Source: Salinispira sp.
GTDB taxonomy: Bacteria; Spirochaetota; Spirochaetia; DSM-27196; Salinispiraceae
NCBI GenBank assembly: GCA_965602015.1
Contig: OZ271918.1
Coordinates: 3,200,001 to 3,264,000 of the forward strand
Length of the DNA: 64,000 nucleotides
Reading direction: 5' to 3'
The notes beneath the pieces were generated by a model. It saw only the letters and a list, made by a program, of their open reading frames with translations. It searched no databases and was not told the DNA's origin. Each line of letters opens with the position of its first letter. Within the stretch, counting starts at the first letter, position 1. Shown one piece after another: positions 18,598 through 27,544 of this stretch. Position numbers and translations under genes: made by a program.

Positions 18598-19319
18598 AGA
18601 AAAGCTATGCAATTATCGCAATCATACTGCTGATAAAAGGCTACCCACTCTTGGCTGAAGACGCCCGGAGTATTGTAGAAGACGCTCATGTATTCGGAAA
18701 CAGCAGGTCACTGTATATCCGCCTCGATATGGAAATCCAAGAGGCCGGCGACTCTACAGTCAGGGGAATCGAGATTTACCGGAACCTCAGCGAGCAGGAG
18801 CGTCAGCTTCTGATTCAGGTCGTTACGCCTCCGTTTTTACGATCCATGAAATTTCTTCAACTCGAAACCGGTTCTTCCCAAAGCCAGCAGTGGCTGGCCA
18901 CTTCCCGCGGCGTTCGAAGGATGGGCTCCGGCGACGGCAGCACCCGCCTGTTCGATTCGGATTTCACTTTGGACGATTTTTCTTTTTCCGATGTGGACGA
19001 ATATGCCTATACGACAATTTCCGATGACGGAGCCATGACCACCATTCGCGCTGTCCCGGCGGCGTCCGCCGGGGAGCAGCGGCTCTTGTATATCGAAAAC
19101 AGCAGCTCAATCATTACCCGGGTAGATTACCTTGACAGCCGGGGCGAACTGGTAAAACAGTACCGGGTCCTCGAGTTTTTCGAAGATACCGCTGGCAGAT
19201 TTCCCCGGGTCGCAAGAATGGATTCCTTCGGACGTGGCAGTCATACCGAGATCCATATAAGCAGTTTTGACGATGAAAGCAGCATTCCCTCGAGGATTTT
19301 CCACCGGGGCAGCCTGTGA
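18594..19319 (+). CDS. LolA-like 'outer membrane lipoprotein-sorting protein' (TP0789/DUF1329-like)
   Basis: Signal peptide from ATG 18594 (ATGA overlap); 'PPFLRSMKFL', 'RGVRRM', 'LFDSDFTLDD', 'VDYLDSRGELVK'. Confidence 0.78.
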   Translation: MKKSYAIIAIILLIKGYPLLAEDARSIVEDAHVFGNSRSLYIRLDMEIQEAGDSTVRGIEIYRNLSEQERQLLIQVVTPPFLRSMKFLQLETGSSQSQQWLATSRGVRRMGSGDGSTRLFDSDFTLDDFSFSDVDEYAYTTISDDGAMTTIRAVPAASAGEQRLLYIENSSSIITRVDYLDSRGELVKQYRVLEFFEDTAGRFPRVARMDSFGRGSHTEIHISSFDDESSIPSRIFHRGSL

Positions 19320-20641
19320 CATCAATGCGCGCATTCTTTGCCGCCATGCTGTTCTGCTGCAATGCCGCGCTGCTGTCCGCCGAGGTTCTTCTTGGCTTTG
19401 AGGGCGGCATACGTCTCGAGCAGCTGTTCGACCGCCAGGCTTTACCGCTGCATAGCGAACTGTACGCCCGGCCTTCGCTGGCTGCCTTCGGCAACTCGAC
19501 GGATGTCAGCATAACCCTCGAGCTTCGGCAAACCACGGAAAATCCCGATGATCCTCTGCTGCTGACCATTGCCGATGCCCGATTTGATTATTATCCGACC
19601 CAGTGGCTCACGTTCAGCGTCGGACGCTACGCCTACCGCCCCGGCAGTGCGGCATTCATCAGCCCGAGTTCCTTTTTCTCGCGGCCTCCCCTGGAGGAAA
19701 CCCTGCGGCAAGGCCCGTCGGCGACGGCAGTCACTGAACTAATACAGTCCACTTTTTTCCTTCCCCGGGGATTTATCCGGTTGACCATTGAGCCTTCCCG
19801 GGGAGGAAGCCCTCTGCCGTCGCCGGATTCACCCTGGTTTCCCACAAAGGATGTTCCAGAGAGTATTTTTCTCAGGCTGCCGATCCTGTTCCCCGACGGC
19901 GTGACCCTGACCAGGGGTACGTTGAGAATAGAGGATGACCAGACAGCGGCGTTTCGTTTCGCAGATGCGTCATACAGCGCCGAGCTGATGTTGTATGCAA
20001 TCCCTGGGGTGGACGCCCAGGTGTCGTATTTTTACGGCAGAGATCCATTCCCGAACTTCAGCTATGAAACCAGCATTCCGAAAGGTTTTTACGAAGGTGC
20101 GCCTTTCGACGTCACGGTAAGAAGCAGCGCTGTTCACACCCATGCAATAGGGCTCAATGTAGAGGGAACTGCCGGGCGTTTCAGGTTTTTTACCGACGGC
20201 TCACTCATGCCGGTAAAGGAATTTTTCACCGAACGTTTCTACGATCCGGACAACGATCCCAGGTCCCGCAGGCTTCCCTTCCTCCGGGTATCCGCCGGGG
20301 GTACGGTGGATTTCTATGAACCTTCGGTTTTGCTGTTCGCGGAGCTGTTTCATTCAATAGCCTTTGGCGATAACGAGGACATCAGCCTTCCGGTGCTGAA
20401 CTCAATAGCTGTGGCAGGCGCAAATGCCTCGCTGTTCAGGGGAGTGCTGCAGGTCAGTTTTTCGCCGGTTTTTACGCTGTACGAACCCGGAGCAGTAGTG
20501 CCGCTCTATGTTTCACTCCAGCCCGATGACAACAGCGAGTTCTCCCTCTATACCCCGCTGTTTCTCGGATCTCCCGACGGCGATTTGGGACAATATCAAA
20601 ATCTGAACCTCATCCGCTTCGAAGCCCGCTGGAAATTCTAA
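19316..20641 (+). CDS. Putative outer-membrane beta-barrel (DUF1302-like position in the operon)
   Basis: Signal peptide, amphipathic strands, 'DARFDYY...FSVGR', C-terminal 'GDLGQY...IRFEARWKF' ending in Phe; GTGA overlap. Confidence 0.65.
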   Translation: MTSMRAFFAAMLFCCNAALLSAEVLLGFEGGIRLEQLFDRQALPLHSELYARPSLAAFGNSTDVSITLELRQTTENPDDPLLLTIADARFDYYPTQWLTFSVGRYAYRPGSAAFISPSSFFSRPPLEETLRQGPSATAVTELIQSTFFLPRGFIRLTIEPSRGGSPLPSPDSPWFPTKDVPESIFLRLPILFPDGVTLTRGTLRIEDDQTAAFRFADASYSAELMLYAIPGVDAQVSYFYGRDPFPNFSYETSIPKGFYEGAPFDVTVRSSAVHTHAIGLNVEGTAGRFRFFTDGSLMPVKEFFTERFYDPDNDPRSRRLPFLRVSAGGTVDFYEPSVLLFAELFHSIAFGDNEDISLPVLNSIAVAGANASLFRGVLQVSFSPVFTLYEPGAVVPLYVSLQPDDNSEFSLYTPLFLGSPDGDLGQYQNLNLIRFEARWKF

Positions 20642-20642
20642 T

Positions 20643-20676
20643 AAAAAAACCCCGCCGGCAGCCGGCGGGGCTTGTT
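20643..20676. terminator. Terminator between convergent genes
   Basis: AAAAAAA-CCCCGCCGGC-A-GCCGGCGGGG-CTTGTT. Confidence 0.7.
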
Positions 20677-20700
20677 GATTAGTCCTAAGACCGATTCTGC

Positions 20701-21549
20701 TTACATTTCCTCTACGGGAAAGGTGATTACTACGGTGTTGGTTTTTTCGTCGTAGAAGCGGCTGTTGGCGCCGACGCGAACCGCAGGGTCGGAGCTGACG
20801 TCGCCGAAGGGATCGTTCATTGCCCACTGATTCTTGAGCACGAATGCAATGTCGCTCTCAAATGCCGAGAGGTTACGGGTTTCGTCATCGCCGTCTTCGA
20901 AGGCGAAGAGCATGACGCCGGGCTTGAAGCTGTCCTGGTTTTCCGGAGTGAATACGGCTTCGGAAATCCAGATGTTGCTTTCGGGTTGGTTCCACATAAT
21001 GGTCTTTGAACCGGTGTCCCAACCAGCGCTCTTGGCGCCGAAGGCGTCACCGCTTTTTACCCACTGTCCCTTGAGGAAGACGGGGTACATCCATGCCGGG
21101 GCAAAATCGAGCCCGTAGGTGGTAAACTCGTTGTCGGCGATCATCTGCACGGCGTCGGCATCAACAACCCAACGGACGGTAATGCTGCCTTCGGGGGCCA
21201 GGTAGAGATAATCTTCGGCAATAGAGGTGCCGACCTGCACTTCAATTTGCTCGTCTACTTCCTCGGGAACGCGGAACCAGATGGTCTGGTCATCCCAGCC
21301 GAAAAACCGGTCAAGGGCAACGCCGTTGAGGTAGATGAGACCCGGGGTGTCGCCGAAACCTTCGCCCTTAATGGACACGAGGGTTCCCGGAAGGACGTTG
21401 AGCGGATAGAGACCGTAGACTTCCGCGCCGGAAAGATCGGCATCGGGGGTTCCGGTAATTACATACTGATTCATGCCGCCGCAGCTGCTCAAAAGCAGAA
21501 CGGCCAGCAGCAGGGCAAAACCTGCAGAGCGGAAAACATTTTTGCGCAT
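20701..21549 (-). CDS. Lipoprotein with IPT/TIG domain and Trp-rich C-terminal (possible glucan-binding) domain
   Basis: GGAGGA RBS, start MRKNVFRS, lipobox LSSC; 'PGTLVSIKGEGFG...WDDQTIWFRVP' IPT/TIG pattern. Confidence 0.7.
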   Translation of the reverse strand: MRKNVFRSAGFALLLAVLLLSSCGGMNQYVITGTPDADLSGAEVYGLYPLNVLPGTLVSIKGEGFGDTPGLIYLNGVALDRFFGWDDQTIWFRVPEEVDEQIEVQVGTSIAEDYLYLAPEGSITVRWVVDADAVQMIADNEFTTYGLDFAPAWMYPVFLKGQWVKSGDAFGAKSAGWDTGSKTIMWNQPESNIWISEAVFTPENQDSFKPGVMLFAFEDGDDETRNLSAFESDIAFVLKNQWAMNDPFGDVSSDPAVRVGANSRFYDEKTNTVVITFPVEEM

Positions 21550-21573
21550 AATTCCTCCTATTATTGCATCGTA

Positions 21574-21630
21574 CTTGGAAACGTTTCCAAGAGACCTGAA
21601 GATTATAGAACCTGTGTTTTCATTCGTCAA
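21574..21630 (-). promoter_or_regulatory. Near-consensus sigma70 promoter with LacI operator O2
   Basis: Minus strand TTGACG-N17-TATAAT (21630-21602); perfect palindrome CTTGGAAACGTTTCCAAG at 21574-21591. Confidence 0.85.
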
Positions 21631-21651
21631 ATATTAAGATCGCCGCAGAGC

Positions 21652-21682
21652 AAAAAAAACCGGCGCGGATTGGGCGCCGGTT
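21652..21682 (-). terminator. Intrinsic terminator of the alpha-amylase gene
   Basis: Minus strand AACCGGCGC-CCAATCC-GCGCCGGTT-TTTTTT. Confidence 0.75.
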
Positions 21683-21709
21683 ACAGAGCGTGCTTTTTTT
21701 AAAGACCTG

Positions 21710-23449
21710 TCAGTTGCGAATGACTCGGAACACGTAACTTGCCCGGTTTCCCAGCTCCGGAAGGGGAGAATAGTTCTCGAATCCGCCGTTTTCGTTAATC
21801 TGCGGCTGGGTGATTCCCGCGACATCGCCGCCGGGAAGGTATTCGAACCCGTCGTCATCGGCGGTGTAAATCAGCTCGAGGCTGTAGCCGTCTTTCCACG
21901 GGGATTCTTCGAGGAACAGTCCGTAATCCTCCCGGAGACTGCCCAGATTATGAAGCACCAGCAGGGCTTCATCGTCGGTGTAGCGGAAGAACGAGTAAAG
22001 GCGGCGGGAGCTCACCCCTACATGGGCGAGGTCGCCCCGTCGCAGGGCATTCTCGCTATTGCGCAGGTTCACCAGGGCCCGGTAATGGTTCAGCAGCGAT
22101 GCCGGGTCCCGGTCCATCGTTTCCACATTGCGGCTTTCCAGATCAGCCGCATAACCCTGCCAGGGTTCGACGCTGCTGAATCCGCCGTCGGGGCTCCAGT
22201 GCATGGGCCGGCGGAGATGCTCATCGGGCTTGTCCCCTTCCACGCCGATTTCCTCGCCGTAGTATATAAAGGGAATGCCGGGTCCGGTGAGAAGCAGAGC
22301 TGCCGCACTTCGCATGGCCGCCGGGTCACCGTCCAGGAGGGTCGCCGAGCGGGTCTGGTCGTGATTCGACAGGAAACGGCCGTATTGGCCTGGAGGATAC
22401 AGGGCATTGACCTGCTCCTGCCGGGCTACCAGGTCGGAGCCGTTAGTTGTCCGTACGGCGTTGAGCATTGCGGTTGCCAGGTCGAACTCAAAAGCCGTGT
22501 CCACCTCATCACCCACGTATTTCGCGACTTCCTCGCTGTTGGTCCACACCTCGCCGATGGTAAAGGCCTCGGGATTGATACCTTTGTAGTATTCGTAAAA
22601 AATCTGGAACCATTCGTGATTGCTGAAACTGTTCAGGAGGATATTCCCCTCTTCCTTGAGATACATGATTGCGTCCAGACGGAAGCCGTGCACGCCGATG
22701 TCTTCCAGCCAGTAGCGGATAATCTCATTAATCTCGCGGTTCACCTCGGGATTCCAGAAGTTCAGGTCGGGCATGCCGCCCCAGAATAAACCGTAGTAGA
22801 AGCGCCCGTTGCCGCCGTTATGCCATACCTGCTGACCCCAGGGACCGACGGTTTCGGGGTTTACATCCTGCCATACGTAATAGTCCTCATATTGGGGATC
22901 ACCGGCGCGGCTTGCAATGAACCAGGGATGCTGAATGCTGGAGTGGTTGAGAACAAGGTCCATGATGATCATTATTCCGCGCTTTTCCGCTTCATCGAGA
23001 AGCTGCCGGAAATCATCCATGGTGCCGTAATCCGATTCTATGGAATAGTAGTCGGTGACGTCGTAGCCGTGATAACTGGGACTTTCGTTAATGGGCATCA
23101 GCCAAATTCCGGTGATTCCCAGATCATCGCTGGTGGAATCATCGCCGTCGTTTATGTAGTCGAGCTTTTCGATGATCCCTTGAATGTCGCCGATGCCGTC
23201 ACCGTCCGAATCATAAAACGATCGGACGAAAATCTGGTAAAAGGTGCGGTCATTCCACTCCTGCACCGCGCTCGGGTCGTACTCGCCGGTAAACGGCGTT
23301 CTGGCGTCCGAAACTGCTTCGGGCTCCGCAGCGGGTGGAGGCGGAAGCTCGGGCTGGGTCGCACAGCCGGCCAGCAGTATGACAGTCACCCCAATGACTG
23401 TCAGCAGGGCGCCGAAGCGCGCTGATTTATGTCTGCGTGTGTGGTTCAT
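21710..23449 (-). CDS. Lipoprotein GH13 alpha-amylase (GH13_36/SusG-like catalytic domain)
   Basis: Lipobox LAGC; FYQIFVRSFYDSDGDGIGD, SPSYHGYD, DLVLNH, MPDLN, GFRLDA, IGEVW, FLSNHD. Confidence 0.9.
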   Translation of the reverse strand: MNHTRRHKSARFGALLTVIGVTVILLAGCATQPELPPPPAAEPEAVSDARTPFTGEYDPSAVQEWNDRTFYQIFVRSFYDSDGDGIGDIQGIIEKLDYINDGDDSTSDDLGITGIWLMPINESPSYHGYDVTDYYSIESDYGTMDDFRQLLDEAEKRGIMIIMDLVLNHSSIQHPWFIASRAGDPQYEDYYVWQDVNPETVGPWGQQVWHNGGNGRFYYGLFWGGMPDLNFWNPEVNREINEIIRYWLEDIGVHGFRLDAIMYLKEEGNILLNSFSNHEWFQIFYEYYKGINPEAFTIGEVWTNSEEVAKYVGDEVDTAFEFDLATAMLNAVRTTNGSDLVARQEQVNALYPPGQYGRFLSNHDQTRSATLLDGDPAAMRSAAALLLTGPGIPFIYYGEEIGVEGDKPDEHLRRPMHWSPDGGFSSVEPWQGYAADLESRNVETMDRDPASLLNHYRALVNLRNSENALRRGDLAHVGVSSRRLYSFFRYTDDEALLVLHNLGSLREDYGLFLEESPWKDGYSLELIYTADDDGFEYLPGGDVAGITQPQINENGGFENYSPLPELGNRASYVFRVIRN

Positions 23450-23523
23450 AATTACCCCTTTGATAACAATTCCGGTCAGTATAATTCAAAGCTGTGCCGG
23501 GGTTAAGAGAAAAATCCTCGTAA

Positions 23524-23546
23524 ACTGGAAACGTTCCCAGTATAAT
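23524..23546 (+). promoter_or_regulatory. LacI operator O3 abutting a TATAAT -10 box
   Basis: ACTGGAAACGTTCCCAGT (one mismatch to the palindrome) then TATAAT, in the divergent amylase/debrancher intergenic region. Confidence 0.8.
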
Positions 23547-23570
23547 GGTGGGCCGAGGAGAATGGGGACA

Positions 23571-26207
23571 ATGATAAAACGTATAAAAACCCTGCTGACA
23601 ACAGTACTCATGAGCGGCGCATTGCTGCTCGCCCTGTCCTGCGTCAGTGCGCCGGAGGCTGAAGCCGAACCGGTATCGACGGGAATCATGATTTTTAATC
23701 GAGGAACCGACATGGAAAGCATCGATCAACTGCTCGCAGCCAGGAAGATCCCCGCAGAGGACTACGAACGATACCGGGATGTTTCGGCAATCACCATCGA
23801 ATCGGGCAGCCGGGAACAGTACGTATTCGGCGACAATATTTCAGGTTACTGGGAGGGCATAAGCCACTCCTACCGCCGGGCAAACGGCTACCAGATTGCC
23901 GAAAGCGTCGTCCTGGCCGATATTGCCGCCGCAGCGAACGGTTCCCTGGTAAACCGCCGTATCGCCGCGGAGCAGGCCGTCCTGCGCCCAGGGGAGATCA
24001 TTCATGAATACCCCGGATTTTCCGAGGGCCTGTACCTTTTAGGCGGTGAGCACAGCATGGCTCTGACCCTGGAATCGACTGGAGAACCGGCCTACATGTC
24101 GTTCTTTCCGGCATTCAAAACGAGCTTAAACCGCTACCAAATCCGCATCGAAGAAGGAGTCTTCCTCCTGGTTCCTTCCCGCACATCGGCGGATTACCCC
24201 GCGGTCATTGCCGTTTCCTCATCGGTCCCCATGCAGATGGCTGAGAATCTGGCAGCCTCCTTCGGCCGGGTCACCGACGGCGGAAGAGTCAGCGTTAACG
24301 GGGCACCCTCCCAGCTCACAGAGATCCTAGCGGATGTGGATGTGGATACCCTGATCCAGTCCGAGAGGGAAATCAGGAACGCCATCAACGTCTCGGACCG
24401 CAGTCCCCTGCTGAGCTTCACCAGCACGGAACCGCAACTCCGTGCAGAGTTCTTCGTCAGTTTCGGTTATGATGAGGCCGATGCGCTGGAGCGGGCAAAA
24501 CGGGTGAGAGACGGGGGTATACGCCGGCACCAGGCTGACACCGCGGAACTCAGCCTGGCGAGCCGGATTTTCTTTCCCGATGTGGAGCTGGAACGAGCAC
24601 TCTACTGGAGCGCCTATTCGGGCTATACCATGGTGACCCGGCAGTACGGCACGGGCATCTGGGCAGGCCTGCCCTGGTTCAGGCAAAACTGGGGCCGTGA
24701 CACCTTCATAGCCCTTCCGGGAATACTCCTGACCACCGGAAGATTCGCCGACGCCCGGGATGTCCTGCACACTTTTTCCCAGTTTCAAAACCTCGACTCA
24801 GCGGATGCCACCTACGGAAGGGTGCCGAACAGGGTAAATAATCCGGATGACATTATCTACAACACAACCGACGGTACCCCCTGGCTGATTCGCGAAGCCG
24901 AGGAATACATGCAATACAGCGGGGACCTGGAGTTCGCCGGGGAAATCCTCGACCTGGCCCGTCATTACATCGACGGGGCGCTGCAGAATTTCGTTGGAGA
25001 TGACGGACTGCTCTACCACGATGATGCGGATACCTGGATGGACGCCCGCATCAACGGCGATGCCCCCTGGTCCGCCCGGGGCAACCGGGCGGTTGATATC
25101 CAGGCGCTGTGGTACCGCTCACTGCTGTCCGCCGCGTCCATCGCCAGGATATCCGGCGAGGACGATCTGGCGCTGCAATGGGAGGCGCTGGCTGAAACCG
25201 CCCGCAGCTCCTTTAGCGCCCAGTTCTGGGACGGCGAACTCCTGGCGGACCGGATACGTCCCGACGACAGCCGGGATACCAAGGCCAGGCCAAACCAGCT
25301 CATGGCCATTTCAGTGCCCTATCTGGGAGACTTCAGTGAAGGGCAATTCATCTCGCCTGATATTCAGGCGGCAGTGGTGAAAAATTCCGTAGACAGCCTT
25401 TTGTATCCCCACGGCATCGCAAGCCTCGATCCCGGACATCCGTACTTCCACCCCCGGCACGATCAGACCGGAATGTTTCACAAGGACGCGGCGTATCACA
25501 ACGGAACAATCTGGGGCTGGAACGCCGGTCCCGCCCTTACCGCCATGCTCAAGCTCGGAGCCGCAGAACTCTCGGGCGGGTTGATTCTCAACCTGGCTTA
25601 TCAGATCAACAGCCTCGGCACTCTCGGAAGCATGTCCGAGCTCGTCGAGCCGCTTCTCGCCGAGGACGGAAGCGTGGTGCCGTCGGGAACCTTTTCCCAG
25701 GCCTGGAGCGTCAGCGAATTTACCAGGGTCCTTCATCAGGATGTGCTTGGATTCCGGCCGCGGCTTCTGGAGGGCCGGGTTGCCCTGTCGCCGATGATCC
25801 CGCAGAGCATCCTTGGTCCCGGAGAAACAATCGATGCCCGTTTTTCCTTTGGTGATGGGCTGGCTCTTAACGTGACCGTTGACCAAGATGGTGCAAACAA
25901 CCGGGAATACCGAATCCTTCTCGAGGGCGGAGCTCCGCTTGCGCTGGATTTCGCCTCCCATAATTCTTTGAGAGGATGGCAGGGCGCTTCATTTAATCTG
26001 ACGCCCGGAGAAGAACTCATCATCCGGACAGCTGCGGACGGTTCTGCCCTTGACGGAACCGCATGGGAAACCCTGTTTCCCGCCTTTCCCGAAATGGTGG
26101 CAGGCCTGAGCTTTCGCGACCCCGTTGCGGACGGAGAAAGACCTTACCCGGCAATGGAGGAATCGAACTACTTAAAAACAATCATCGAGGCCGGAGACTT
26201 CCGCTAA
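23571..26207 (+). CDS. Lipoprotein amylo-alpha-1,6-glucosidase (GH133-like glycogen debranching enzyme)
   Basis: GAGGAG RBS, lipobox ALSC; 'AGLPWF..NWGRDTFIALPG', 'TWMDA', 'RPNQL', 'YHNGTIWGW', 'SQAWS'. Confidence 0.82.
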   Translation: MIKRIKTLLTTVLMSGALLLALSCVSAPEAEAEPVSTGIMIFNRGTDMESIDQLLAARKIPAEDYERYRDVSAITIESGSREQYVFGDNISGYWEGISHSYRRANGYQIAESVVLADIAAAANGSLVNRRIAAEQAVLRPGEIIHEYPGFSEGLYLLGGEHSMALTLESTGEPAYMSFFPAFKTSLNRYQIRIEEGVFLLVPSRTSADYPAVIAVSSSVPMQMAENLAASFGRVTDGGRVSVNGAPSQLTEILADVDVDTLIQSEREIRNAINVSDRSPLLSFTSTEPQLRAEFFVSFGYDEADALERAKRVRDGGIRRHQADTAELSLASRIFFPDVELERALYWSAYSGYTMVTRQYGTGIWAGLPWFRQNWGRDTFIALPGILLTTGRFADARDVLHTFSQFQNLDSADATYGRVPNRVNNPDDIIYNTTDGTPWLIREAEEYMQYSGDLEFAGEILDLARHYIDGALQNFVGDDGLLYHDDADTWMDARINGDAPWSARGNRAVDIQALWYRSLLSAASIARISGEDDLALQWEALAETARSSFSAQFWDGELLADRIRPDDSRDTKARPNQLMAISVPYLGDFSEGQFISPDIQAAVVKNSVDSLLYPHGIASLDPGHPYFHPRHDQTGMFHKDAAYHNGTIWGWNAGPALTAMLKLGAAELSGGLILNLAYQINSLGTLGSMSELVEPLLAEDGSVVPSGTFSQAWSVSEFTRVLHQDVLGFRPRLLEGRVALSPMIPQSILGPGETIDARFSFGDGLALNVTVDQDGANNREYRILLEGGAPLALDFASHNSLRGWQGASFNLTPGEELIIRTAADGSALDGTAWETLFPAFPEMVAGLSFRDPVADGERPYPAMEESNYLKTIIEAGDFR

Positions 26208-26257
26208 AAATCCGGCTCGACATTGCCTTTTTGGCGGAATCGGGATTAACTGTAGTT

Positions 26258-27541
26258 ATGGAGTCCCCGGGCAGCCTGTTAATCCTGTTTTCCGCCGTAC
26301 AGTCCTTCTTCTCCCATCATATGCTCCTGAGCATCGGCTTGCTTCTGCTGACCGGTTTCTTCCTTGCGAAACTCGCGGGGAAGGCCCGGCTGCCCGAGGT
26401 TACGGGATTCATCATCGCAGGCATCCTCCTCGGCGAAAGCGTGCTGGGTTTTGTCCCCCATCATGTGGCCGCGGAAATGTCCTTGATAACCGAGGTCGCA
26501 CTCGGGCTGATAGCCCTTACCATTGGCGGCGAGTTTTACTGGGTGAAGTTAAAAACAATGGGCCGCGGCGTGGTCATCATTACGGTTATACAAATAATTG
26601 CGGCGTTTCTCACTACCACCCTGGGGCTGTGGCTGTTTCGCATGGAACTGCCCTACGCAATGTTGCTGGGAGCCATATCCACGGCCACTGCCCCGGCAGC
26701 CACCGTCGCCATCGTGCAAAGCCTCAACGCCACGGGAAAATTCGTTGACTATCTCTACGGAGTCGTCGCACTCGACGACGCAGGGGCGGTGATTATTTTC
26801 GGCGTGGTATTTGCGGTGGTCAGCGCTGTCGCGGGTCCTCAGGCGGCGGACGCCCTCATGGAGGCGCATGCAGGCGGCACCCTCATGATAATCGGCGAAG
26901 CCCTTTTTGAGGTTGCAGCCAGCGTGCTTCTCGGGATTCTCTCGGGCTATCTTATCCACAGTCTTGTCCGGAAAAACCGGAAGCCCAATGAAATTATGAT
27001 TATCACACTCGGCGTCGCCTTTTTTACCATCGGCGGGGCTTCGGCCTTTCATCTATCACCGTTGCTCACCAACATGGCTGCCGGAGCGGTAATTATCAAT
27101 CTCGGCGCCAGGAACCACCGGATTTTCCATATCATCGAACCCCTCACTCCACCGATCTATGCCCTCTTTTTCGTCCTGGCGGGAACCGAGCTCAACCTGA
27201 GCATTCTGGCCGATACCCGCGTTCTGCTTCTCGGGCTGGTGTACATTGCCTTCCGGTCTGTGGGGAAGTACGGCGGCGTGTTCCTCGGAGCAAAAATCGC
27301 AAAATCCCCCCGGAGCATACAGCGGTACCTGGGTCTGTGCATGCTCCCCCAGGCGGGAGTGGCCATCGGGCTGACGCTTATGATCCAGGCCTCGCCCTTC
27401 GGGCACTATCTTTTAGAGAATAACCCCGCGATACTCGATGACATCCTGAATATTGTGTTGATCTCCGTATTCGTCAATGAACTTGCCGGACCGCCTATCT
27501 CCAAGCACGCGCTGGTTCGAGGCCTGGAGCTGGAGGAGTAA
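26258..27541 (+). CDS. Cation:proton antiporter (CPA2/Kef-like, membrane domain only)
   Basis: 'LPEVTGFIIAGILLG', 'ATAPAAT', 'VALDDA', 'FFVLAG', 'LPQAGVAIG'. Confidence 0.88.
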   Translation: MESPGSLLILFSAVQSFFSHHMLLSIGLLLLTGFFLAKLAGKARLPEVTGFIIAGILLGESVLGFVPHHVAAEMSLITEVALGLIALTIGGEFYWVKLKTMGRGVVIITVIQIIAAFLTTTLGLWLFRMELPYAMLLGAISTATAPAATVAIVQSLNATGKFVDYLYGVVALDDAGAVIIFGVVFAVVSAVAGPQAADALMEAHAGGTLMIIGEALFEVAASVLLGILSGYLIHSLVRKNRKPNEIMIITLGVAFFTIGGASAFHLSPLLTNMAAGAVIINLGARNHRIFHIIEPLTPPIYALFFVLAGTELNLSILADTRVLLLGLVYIAFRSVGKYGGVFLGAKIAKSPRSIQRYLGLCMLPQAGVAIGLTLMIQASPFGHYLLENNPAILDDILNIVLISVFVNELAGPPISKHALVRGLELEE

Positions 27542-27544
27542 TCC

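Noticed and set aside
12410..20710. Direct repeats or att sites bounding the cassette (ccgat..gctta, attagtc)
   Set aside because: The matches are too short and degenerate, and no integrase, transposase or tRNA is nearby
23244..23570. N-terminal extension of the 987-aa ORF
   Set aside because: It overlaps the amylase gene and promoter region; the RBS, -10 and lipoprotein signal indicate a start at 23571. Similar over-long starts were trimmed at 2140, 14172, 18414, 26063, 43704 and 51312
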